Origin: Pyrodictium abyssi
GTDB lineage: Archaea > Thermoproteota > Thermoprotei_A > Sulfolobales > Pyrodictiaceae
Assembly (NCBI RefSeq): GCF_036323395.1
Contig: NZ_AP028907.1
Span: 630,001 to 662,000, forward strand
Reading direction: 5' to 3'
DNA length: 32,000 bases
Position 1 is the first letter of the stretch, and each line of letters begins with the position of its first letter. Both the position numbers and the translations under genes were made by a program. The notes under the pieces were generated by a model. The model worked only from the letters and a program-made list of their open reading frames with translations. It was not told the DNA's origin and did not search any database. Positions 9,498 to 16,403 of the stretch are shown here, piece by piece.

Positions 9498-9574
9498 TGG
9501 TGGGCCCGGGGGGATTCGAACCCCCGACCTCCCGGTTATCAGCCGGGCGCTCCGCCGGGCTGAGCTACGGGCCC
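9498..9574 (-). tRNA. tRNA-Ile (anticodon GAU), CCA encoded
   Basis: I folded the reverse complement by hand into a cloverleaf: GGGCCCG-TA-GCTC-AGCCCGGCGGA-GAGC-G-CCCGG-CTGATAA-CCGGG-AGGTC-GGGGG-TTCGAAT-CCCCC-CGGGCCC-A-CCA. All four stems pair perfectly. The anticodon loop is CT-GAT-AA and the T-loop is TTCGAAT. Confidence 0.95.
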
Positions 9575-9605
9575 GCCCCGAGAGGCAAGGGACAATGCCC
9601 CGGGG

Positions 9606-9611
9606 ATATTT
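9606..9611 (-). promoter_or_regulatory. TATA box of tRNA-Ile
   Basis: atattt (reverse complement AAATAT) lies 32-37 nt upstream of tRNA position 1 (9574). This is the canonical archaeal spacing. Confidence 0.5.
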
Positions 9612-9767
9612 CAGCACTACGCCCAGGACCCAGAGGTCAGCCACAGCTCCAACACCGCCCAAAGGGGGACCCGCAGGAGCCGCAGGCATGGTGGGCCGCG
9701 GGTGGAGGAGGAGAGGCCAAAAGAGCCAGAGTAGAGGGGCGGGGGCGCGCCCTCGCCCTCCCGAGCT

Positions 9768-10862
9768 CGTCCACTCTACGCTGAAGCCCACCACTACCAG
9801 CACAGTGTCGAGGAGCACGCCCTCCCCGGCCTCGTAGTACGCGGTCACACCGTAGTAGGCCGCTGTAGCGTTCTCGAAGCGCCACGCCTCCTCATCCACG
9901 GTTATAGTGTCCTCTGGCTGCAGCCAGCCACTAGGCTTGTCAAAGCCCACCCGGGCAACCTCCTGCCCAAGCACCAGGACATCGTAGCCGGCCACTATGG
10001 CCTCGTTGACGTACAATGTAGCCGAAGGTGGATGGAATATGTAGGCCAGCGTTATGTTAAAGAGCCAGTTGCCGTCCTCGTCCATGAACACTAGTGTTAC
10101 AGTGACGTTAGTCGCGCGGGTTATCCCGTCGCTTATCGTATTCCGCTATAATCCAGGACTGGGTATGGTTCAGAAAGCTATCATACACATAGATGTCAGC
10201 AGGCCTATCGTCGTAGCCTACTACTAGAGATAGTTATTGTCACCGGTGTGAGCGTTGGACAGCTTTACCGTAATGCCGAATCATACCACCACTCGACAAG
10301 CCTGTCAGAGACGTTCTTGTACACGTACTCTTGTCCGTTACTCTCGTTGCGTATAACAAGGTATATCTTTGCAACCTTGTTTACGAGTTCTTGCACTATA
10401 CTGTAAGCTGTATAACCTAGCTCTGGCAGGCCCTGCGACTCCACACTACTTCTTATCGCATTCTCAATCCCTTCAATCTTAGTTTCATTGCGGATTTGGT
10501 ATACAGGCTGATTATTAGGGAACTCCCCAGACTTTTTCACTCGTGTATGTGCCTTTGCCCTCGAATTCTGCTGCTTCTCTTATTATTAGTATCAGGTAGC
10601 GGAAGTACTGTTTTAGCTCTTCGGCGTTCTCTAGCTTCACCTTAAACCACGGGTTCACAGAGACCATACCCTGGGCGTCGGAGGCAGCGCCTATGGCTAG
10701 CGGTTTCACGACCTCAAAGTGCACCGGCTCTTCCCGGGCACCCGCTAGGCCAAGGGCATAGAAGACACCAGGTGTGCCCGTGAGCACTGCTGCAAAGCCT
10801 GCTAGCAGGGCGAGGGCGGCAGCCGAGGCCATAACGCCAGCAACGGGCGGGAGCATGACCAA
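9768..10862 (-). pseudogene. Decayed paralog of the 389-aa fibre-subunit-like gene (Can/TasA-like family), split over at least 4 frames
   Basis: Pieces in different frames align in order to ORF 24500..25669. (1) 10515..10862 gives the signal peptide plus ...KQYFRYLILIIREA, versus QYYRYLIIQIREA. (2) 10265..10540 gives a middle part. (3) About 10130..10240 encodes ADIYVYDSFLNHTQSWIIAEYD, versus VFFWDSYENESLYIAEVSD. (4) About 9768..10125 encodes ITRATNVTVTLVFMDEDGNWLFNITL...GFDKPSGWLQPEDTITVDEEAW...YYEAGEGVLLDTV, versus IAATNYTLILEFIDKEGNVLFTMM...GFDRASGWWQPEDTLVVDEDSW...FYEGLEGVLFDSL. The normal stop is also lost, so the frame reads on into the tRNA. Confidence 0.8.
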
Positions 10863-10957
10863 TACGCGCCACAGCCCCGAGGCTCGGTGGAGCGGGCAGA
10901 AACCGAGCGCAGATGTTCTGCACCAAGTGACGCATTAAATGGGCGAGGAGATGTGGG

Positions 10958-10962
10958 AAAAA
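10958..10962 (-). terminator. Oligo-T tract (T5) downstream of ORF 11011..11535
   Basis: gggaaaaacc on the plus strand is GGTTTTTCCC on the coding strand, about 50 nt after the stop. Confidence 0.4.
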
Positions 10963-11010
10963 CCGTGTTAGCGGGGTTATGGGGCTCTCATATGGGCCTG
11001 GCTATGGGTG

Positions 11011-11535
11011 TTAGCTGACGCTTAGCACCTGGAAGTTGAGGATCACTGGTAGGCTGTCGAACAGCATACCCTCCTTGGCCTCGTAGTAGGCTTCAACCTT
11101 TAGCTGTATCTTGTTAGTGCTACTGTAGTCGTCGTTGTCTAGTATTATGACTGCGCTGGGCTTCTTGAGGCTTAGCACAGCCTTGGTCTCCTCAACAGTA
11201 CTAGAGGCATTGCTTGTGAGTACTAGCTGTAGGTACTTGAAGTATGGCCTTAGCTGGGCAGCATTGGCTAGAGTCACCTTTAGCTTTACTACGTTCACGT
11301 CAGTATAGTTTATTATTTTTACGTAGCCCATATCCTTGTAGCCCTGTGCGCCAGCAGCAGGAGCTATGGTGTTGTCTAGGTGGCTCTCTACGTCTATTGG
11401 CTCTTGCACTGCTTGTGCTGTGCCGGTGGCGTAGAAGCTGTTGAGCGGGCTCTGGGTGGTGGCGAAGCCAGCTAGCAGGGCGAGGGCGGCAGCCGAGGCG
11501 ATGATACCCGCTATAGCTAGGGTTGTGTACCTCAT
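11011..11535 (-). CDS. Secreted fibre-subunit-like protein, short paralog (174 aa); cannula (Can)/ABP/TasA-like candidate
   Basis: ATG at 11533..11535, preceded by GAAGGTG. The N-terminus MRYTTLAIAGIIASAAALALLAGFATTQSPLNSFYATGTA is identical over 40 aa to ORF 21066..21758. The C-terminus is AYYEAKEGMLFDSLPVILNFQVLSVS. The body is predicted beta-rich. Confidence 0.8.
   Translation of the reverse strand: MRYTTLAIAGIIASAAALALLAGFATTQSPLNSFYATGTAQAVQEPIDVESHLDNTIAPAAGAQGYKDMGYVKIINYTDVNVVKLKVTLANAAQLRPYFKYLQLVLTSNASSTVEETKAVLSLKKPSAVIILDNDDYSSTNKIQLKVEAYYEAKEGMLFDSLPVILNFQVLSVS
11388..11535 (-). repeat. Conserved 5' coding block shared with 21611..21758
   Basis: By manual alignment, 11423..11535 versus 21646..21758 (113 nt) differ at 2 positions, one of them converting ATG to GTG. 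The 16 nt at 11388..11403 are also identical to 21611..21626. A 23-mer, agggcgagggcggcagccgaggc, recurs at 10807, 11477, 21700 and 25608. Confidence 0.9.
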
Positions 11536-11599
11536 GGCTCGAGGCACCTTCCCGTCTATGTTTTTGTTCTGTCAAGTGTTATGTAGAAGTTGTTTCTGG

Positions 11600-11610
11600 C
11601 TTATAATATC
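11600..11610 (-). promoter_or_regulatory. TATA-like box (reverse complement GATATTATAAG) upstream of ORF 11011..11535
   Basis: AT-rich box 65-75 nt upstream of the ATG. The same CTTATA[AT]A core on the plus strand recurs upstream of two other family members (12991, 21813). Confidence 0.4.
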
Positions 11611-11691
11611 TGTGGTCTTCGGGTATAGCCCTATAGTTCACAGTTGTTGAAGAACAGGGTGCACGGGTTGTTGCCGCGGTTTTGAGCGGCG

Positions 11692-12888
11692 TTAGGGCCT
11701 GCAGTAGCCTGGGTCTGTGGAGTAGTCTAGTATCACCTTGAAGCGATAGGGTAGGCTCGTTGTACACGTGTCTATCCTTATCTCCGCTGTGAGCGGGACT
11801 GCGGGGTAGCTGTGGCCGCCGAGCTGTATTGCGACGCAGTCTCCCTCGTCTATTGTTATCTCGGCCTCGGGGTCGGAGGGCGTCAGCTCGCCCACCATGT
11901 TGTGGTTCGCGTCGTATAGTCTTACCTGGATGCCGCATACAGCGTGGTGGGGCTGTACGCCCTCTAGCTCTATCTCGAGGTCTATGGGCGTGTCTCTGCC
12001 GTCTAGGCAGCCGCAGTCCCGGTCGAGGATCACGTACAGCGTGTAGTTGGCTGCTACTATGCACCCGGATGGGCCGCAGCTTGTCTCCGAGCAGTCTGGG
12101 TAGATGCGCACATGCACATGTGTCCTGCCGTAGAGTATCCAGGCCTCGGGGCACTGCTGGGTGCTCGTGGTCGTCGTGCTTGTTGTGGTGCTCGTCTTTG
12201 TGGCCGTGCTGGTCGTAGTGGTGTTTACCGGCGGTGCTGTGACGGTTACCGTCGTGGTTACTGTCACCGTGGCTGTGCCGTTGGGCTGTGTCGTGGTTGT
12301 CGTGTAGGTGTACGTGTAGGTCTGGTTGTAGCTGGCTGGGCCTAGGTAGATTGTTCCCGTCTCCTGGTCGGCGACCGTCACTAGGAGTGGCACTGCTACT
12401 GTGGCGCTAGTGTTGCAGTCCCGTGGCTCGTAGTAGATCCTCGCCGCGAGGACCGCGTAGCGTGTTGTGCCGTTCTCTGCCCAGCTGCCTGCGTCGAGGA
12501 CTATTGCTGCCGAGGGGTCCTGGAGCGACATGGTTGCGAGCAGCTCGTTGTTCACCGTGTTGAATACCTCGATGTGGAGCGCCCGGAGCCTGCCTGCCAG
12601 CATGTCCAGGTTGGCTATGGATAGTACTAGTCTCGCAACGTCGACTCCCGCTGCAGGCTCTATCCGGAGCCACTCGCCTACTTCTAGGCTCTGGGGGCCA
12701 CATGCCCCGGGGGCTATCTGGAGGATAGGGGTCTCCAGTACCGATACCTTTACCGGCTTGTAGGGGGCGCTCACCTCGCCGGTGGCGTAGAACCCTGTGA
12801 GAGGGCTAACCGTGGTAGCGAAGACTGCCGCTAGGGCCAGGGCTAGCGTAGAGGCCAGTAGAGCTGCGAGGCCGAGACGGCGGTCCAT
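11692..12888 (-). CDS. Fibre-subunit-like N-domain fused to a Thr-rich linker and a Cys-rich C-terminal domain (398 aa)
   Basis: Preferred start is the ATG at 12886..12888 (MDRRLGLAALLASTLALALAAVFATTVSPLTGFYATGEV). The family core ends ...RIYYEPRD..VAVPLLVTV. A Thr-rich linker at 12154..12321 reads TYTYTYTTTTTQPNGTATVTVTTTVTVTAPPVNTTTTSTATKTSTTTSTTTTSTQQ. The C-terminal domain (11695..12153) carries 10 Cys. Confidence 0.75.
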   Translation of the reverse strand: MDRRLGLAALLASTLALALAAVFATTVSPLTGFYATGEVSAPYKPVKVSVLETPILQIAPGACGPQSLEVGEWLRIEPAAGVDVARLVLSIANLDMLAGRLRALHIEVFNTVNNELLATMSLQDPSAAIVLDAGSWAENGTTRYAVLAARIYYEPRDCNTSATVAVPLLVTVADQETGTIYLGPASYNQTYTYTYTTTTTQPNGTATVTVTTTVTVTAPPVNTTTTSTATKTSTTTSTTTTSTQQCPEAWILYGRTHVHVRIYPDCSETSCGPSGCIVAANYTLYVILDRDCGCLDGRDTPIDLEIELEGVQPHHAVCGIQVRLYDANHNMVGELTPSDPEAEITIDEGDCVAIQLGGHSYPAVPLTAEIRIDTCTTSLPYRFKVILDYSTDPGYCRP

Positions 12889-13198
12889 GGACGTGAGCAC
12901 CCTCGCGGAGCGCCTAGGGGCCACGGCCCCCTCTGGGGCAGGGTTTGCTCTACCCCGGGGGCCCCGTGCTGGGCTCCACACAGCCAGATACTTATATAGT
13001 CCTGGCCAGGGCCAATGTACCCTAGGACCGGTACTCTAGACACCGCCATGGAGCCAAGCATAGCCGTGGCTGTCCTAGCCCCGGCCTCCGGGGCTTCCTC
13101 GAGGCCCCTGCTGAGAGGTGCCTGGCATGCGGCTACCGCTACCGCTGCCCCGGCGTATCAAGATACGGCGCGAGCCCCGGCTAGCAGACATCTGGATC

Positions 13199-14275
13199 AT
13201 GCAGCGCTGGCCTATTGAGTCGCTCGACGCCTGCAAGATGGCGGACCCCCCGTTCGCCGACATAAACGGCGTGGGCGCTGTGCTGGAGAGGCTCGTGGAC
13301 CAGGTCGTGGCGGGGCGGGGCGGCATATACATAATAGTCGGGGCCCCGGGCTCCGGCAAGTCCACGCTCCTCAAGACCCTGCATAACCGGCTCCGCCGGG
13401 GCGGTATATACTCCCTCTACATGGATACCGCTGGGCGGAGCCTCGACGACTTCGTGGCTAGCCTCTGCTCTATCCTCGGCTGCCGCGAGGTCTCGCTCGA
13501 CTCGCTCATGGAGAGGATACGCGAGAAAGCCGCGGAAGAGGGCACCATGGCCCTGCTCCTGGACGACATCGACCGCATATCCGGGGGCAACATGGACGAT
13601 GTGGGCAAGCTGCTTACGGGCCTCACTGCTGTCCAGCGGGAGATCGGCCGCGGGCTCTTCATAGCCTTCAGCATGGCCCGTGAGAGCCTGGCAAGGCTCA
13701 CCCTAGACCCCCTGATGAGGGGCCTCGTCAAGTCCTACATGGAGGTTATAGACCTTGACGAGCACCTCGTGAACTCCCCCACCGATCTCTCCAGGCTCCT
13801 CTACGCCCACTTCGAGCGGGCCCGGCCGCCCAACCCAGACCCCAAGGCCGCTGCTATACTCAACCGGTACCCGCTCCACCCTATCCGCGACCAGAACGTC
13901 ATAAACATGCTCTACGAGATACTCGGCACAGATACGCCGCGCATGTACCTCGAGAAGGTGGACGAGCTGCTAAGGATAGCCATACGCGCCCGCTCACGCG
14001 TCGTGAGCATAGCACACCTAAACATACTAGCGAGGAGGCTCATCCAGGCCCGGCGCGAGGCTGTGCCCATTACCCAGATACAGGTCATGCTGGTCCGCCG
14101 CTACGTGAACGGCCTGATAGCCGGCGGCCTCGTAGTGCTAGGCACAGTTGCCATAACCCTGGCGGCGATAAACCTAGTCCCGCCGGGCCTCAAGCTGCCC
14201 TACGTAGTGGTCGGCCTAGTGCTGATGCTCGCCGGTATACTGGTGCACATGAGGTCCATAGCTAGGCCGGGCTGA
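13199..14275 (+). CDS. Membrane-anchored P-loop NTPase (AAA/ORC-like core, two C-terminal TM helices)
   Basis: Walker A IIVGAPGSGKSTLLKTL and Walker B MALLLDDID. C-terminal hydrophobic helices are LIAGGLVVLGTVAITLAAINLV and LPYVVVGLVLMLAGILVHM. The start is uncertain: the ORF opens at 13118, with ATG at 13199 and 13238. The gene lies 62 nt upstream of the signal peptidase on the same strand. Confidence 0.7.
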   Translation: MQRWPIESLDACKMADPPFADINGVGAVLERLVDQVVAGRGGIYIIVGAPGSGKSTLLKTLHNRLRRGGIYSLYMDTAGRSLDDFVASLCSILGCREVSLDSLMERIREKAAEEGTMALLLDDIDRISGGNMDDVGKLLTGLTAVQREIGRGLFIAFSMARESLARLTLDPLMRGLVKSYMEVIDLDEHLVNSPTDLSRLLYAHFERARPPNPDPKAAAILNRYPLHPIRDQNVINMLYEILGTDTPRMYLEKVDELLRIAIRARSRVVSIAHLNILARRLIQARREAVPITQIQVMLVRRYVNGLIAGGLVVLGTVAITLAAINLVPPGLKLPYVVVGLVLMLAGILVHMRSIARPG

Positions 14276-14337
14276 GCAGCCGGGGCCCTATTTACGGGCC
14301 AGCCCATGCTAGATAGAACCGTGTCCGGGGGTCTGCT

Positions 14338-14919
14338 GTGAGCGAGTACCTCAACGTAGTGGTACCGGAGGAGAGGGGCGGTATACCCCCCGCCCTGGTG
14401 GCGCTGGTAGCGCTAGCAGCCATAGTGGCCGCTGGGCTCAGCGTCTCTGGGCAGCTGCCGCGCTTCGCCGTCATCCAGACGACGAGTATGGTCCCTACAC
14501 TGGTTCCGGGAGACGTGGTGATGATAACGAAGGTTGACCCGATGTCGATCGATGTCGGCGACGTGATAGCCTTCAACCTTGTAGCCTACGAGGTGGACGA
14601 GCAGGGGCGGCCCATCGACATGAAGGGCATCAAGATAACAGTGCACCGCGTGATAGAGAGGAAGATGATCAACGGCCGGCTCTACTTCCGCACCCAGGGC
14701 GATAACAACCCCGTGCCAGACCCCTGGCTCGTACCCGCCTCGGGCGTGCTGGGCAAGGCGGAGAAGGTTGCTAGCCTAGGCACCTTTGGCCTGGTACTGA
14801 CCAACCCCATAGGCAGGGTGTTCGTGATAATGATAATGCTGTCGTCACTAGTCCTGCTGGGCAGCACTATGTGGAGCTATAGTAAGGGTATACGCGAGGA
14901 TCTTGAGAACTACCTCTAG
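14338..14919 (+). CDS. Signal peptidase I, archaeal/ER (S26B, SipW-like) type
   Basis: N-terminal TM, a catalytic Ser box TTSMVPTLVPGDVV, a His box ITVHRVIE, a conserved box TQGDNNPVPDPW, and a C-terminal TM (VFVIMIMLSSLVLLGSTMW) as in SipW-type enzymes. Confidence 0.85.
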   Translation: MSEYLNVVVPEERGGIPPALVALVALAAIVAAGLSVSGQLPRFAVIQTTSMVPTLVPGDVVMITKVDPMSIDVGDVIAFNLVAYEVDEQGRPIDMKGIKITVHRVIERKMINGRLYFRTQGDNNPVPDPWLVPASGVLGKAEKVASLGTFGLVLTNPIGRVFVIMIMLSSLVLLGSTMWSYSKGIREDLENYL

Positions 14920-15041
14920 GTCTAGGCGCATCTAGGGCCCATAGGGGCGGTAGAGGGGCAGAGGAGGACGGTGGGGAAAAGAGGGGAGGGGCGGCAGCCG
15001 GGGCCAGGGGGTTCCCTGGAGGGGCCGGCAGGGGGCGGGGC

Positions 15042-15482
15042 CTAGCCTGTGCTGCTGTCTTGCGTGTCCTCTAGGAAGGGCTTGCAGAGTGTCAGGTTCT
15101 CGGCTATGGTCTGGTTTAGGCTGTAGAGGGTCTTGCAGAGGTTCTCTAGCTCTTCGCCGCTCATGGTTACCTTGACGCCGTTTATCTCTAGGACTACGTT
15201 GCCGTCGCCGCCGCGGTAGAGGTTTATGGCGATGTTGTTGGAGCGGTTTACCAGCTCCACTATATCCTGGTGTATTTCGCGGACTAGCGTCTCGTTGAGA
15301 GTGCCCCTGGAGAGGGCAGTGGCGACCTTGGTGAGGTCCTGGCCCACCTGGTTAACGACAGTTGTGGCGTACTCGGCTATAGCCGTTACCATGGCCATCG
15401 CCACGACGAAGGTCAGCAGGCCCGACAGCATAGCCTCCTTTAGCACCCGGTTCACCGTCTCTAGATACCCACCGTAAGGCAT
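15042..15482 (-). CDS. Small N-terminally anchored protein with a C-terminal C-x2-LY-x8-NLT-x-C motif (146 aa)
   Basis: TM segment LSGLLTFVVAMAMVTAIA. The C-terminus LENLCKTLYSLNQTIAENLTLCKPF aligns without gaps to LRLFCWSLYAVDPGLALNLTPCRDV of ORF 16404..16784. Confidence 0.65.
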   Translation of the reverse strand: MPYGGYLETVNRVLKEAMLSGLLTFVVAMAMVTAIAEYATTVVNQVGQDLTKVATALSRGTLNETLVREIHQDIVELVNRSNNIAINLYRGGDGNVVLEINGVKVTMSGEELENLCKTLYSLNQTIAENLTLCKPFLEDTQDSSTG

Positions 15483-15818
15483 CTATAATACTGTTGTTTC
15501 AAATGCACTATGTAATGGAGGCGATATATCCATGGCTGATACGGGCCGTGGAGCACGCTACCCATGTGCTGCGTGGAAGCGTTTTTCTACACGATAAGCC
15601 CCGGCGTACGGGATCCAGGGCGGCGGGGTGCCGGGGCGTACACCTCTACATAGGAGTGGGCAGCGTCGAGTAGACCAGCGGGTTGCACTAACACTTATCG
15701 TTGTAGGAGGCTTGCTCACCCCGTTCACGCCGTTTATAGGGGTAATCGTGATAGCTGCAGGAGCTGTTCTCCTAGCGATGCACGGGGACTACTAGCCCCG
15801 GGGGGCGTAAACAGCCGT

Positions 15819-16388
15819 TTAGACGCGGAAGCCTAGCTCCCGTAGCTTGTTTACTACAAAGCCCCTGTCCTCCTCGGGTAGCAGCTCTATCCCCTGCTTG
15901 ATTATCCTCTCGTCCACCTTCAGCTTGCCCTCCTCTATGTACTCGCGTATTATCCTTAGGTCCTCTGTGTCCGCCTCGCGGGCCGCCTTAGCCTTGAGGA
16001 CTATGTAGTCCTCTAGCCTTAGGAACCGGGCCTCGACACCGCCTATCTTCTTCTTGGGCGCATTCTCGAGCATCTCGGGGGGTATGTAGTAGTCGTGAAT
16101 GTTCTCGTAGAACTCTACGACGACCTCCTCACCGCTCGGGACACGGGCTATGAACTTGGGGGTGCCGAGCGCGGTGTAGGCTACCTGCCAGCCCTCCTCC
16201 TCGGCTACCGCGTGGTACTTCTCCTCCTCTATCAGGGGGCTGGGCTCGAGGACGAACACGTCCACGTCGTCCTCCAGCCTGCGGCGGCGCAGCTCCAGCT
16301 CAACCACAGTGCTGCCCACGACGACGCCGCGGATGCCGTGCCTCTGTAGCCTGGATAGCAGCCACGCCAGGTCCTCCAGCGTGTACAC
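15819..16388 (-). CDS. Nucleotidyltransferase-fold protein (minimal NTase-like)
   Basis: VVVGSTVVEL ... DDVDVFVLE fits the G[SG]-x(n)-DxD pattern of pol-beta-type nucleotidyltransferases. 189 aa, acidic. No adjacent HEPN partner. Confidence 0.5.
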   Translation of the reverse strand: MYTLEDLAWLLSRLQRHGIRGVVVGSTVVELELRRRRLEDDVDVFVLEPSPLIEEEKYHAVAEEEGWQVAYTALGTPKFIARVPSGEEVVVEFYENIHDYYIPPEMLENAPKKKIGGVEARFLRLEDYIVLKAKAAREADTEDLRIIREYIEEGKLKVDERIIKQGIELLPEEDRGFVVNKLRELGFRV

Positions 16389-16403
16389 CGGGGGCCACCA
16401 GGG

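Noticed and set aside
9498-9574. tRNA-Ile as an attachment site of an integrated element carrying the surface island
   Set aside because: I found no second copy of a tRNA fragment and no integrase in the window. The accessory DNA also lies on the 5' side of the tRNA rather than the usual 3' side. It remains only a boundary observation.
9024-10091. A 355-aa ORF listed as a single reading frame
   Set aside because: It runs straight through the tRNA-Ile gene (9498..9574). It is a chimera of a real 102-aa PaREP1-like CDS (9024..9332), non-coding DNA, and the read-through 3' fragment of the decayed fibre-family gene.
11011-11535. Interpretation of the family N-terminus as a type IV pilin/archaellin class III signal peptide
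   Set aside because: There is no short basic leader ending in the G/A cleavage motif directly before the hydrophobic segment. The window has no prepilin peptidase and no PilB/PilC-like genes. A type I (SipW-like) peptidase is present instead.
12154-12321. GT-rich low-complexity DNA resembling a microsatellite
   Set aside because: It is the antisense of in-frame ACN (Thr) codons forming the poly-Thr linker of ORF 11692..12888, not a non-coding repeat.
9024-16388. HEPN (PaREP1, 9024..9332) plus minimal nucleotidyltransferase (15819..16388) as a toxin-antitoxin pair
   Set aside because: The genes are 6.5 kb apart with many genes between them. HEPN-MNT modules are normally adjacent or overlapping.
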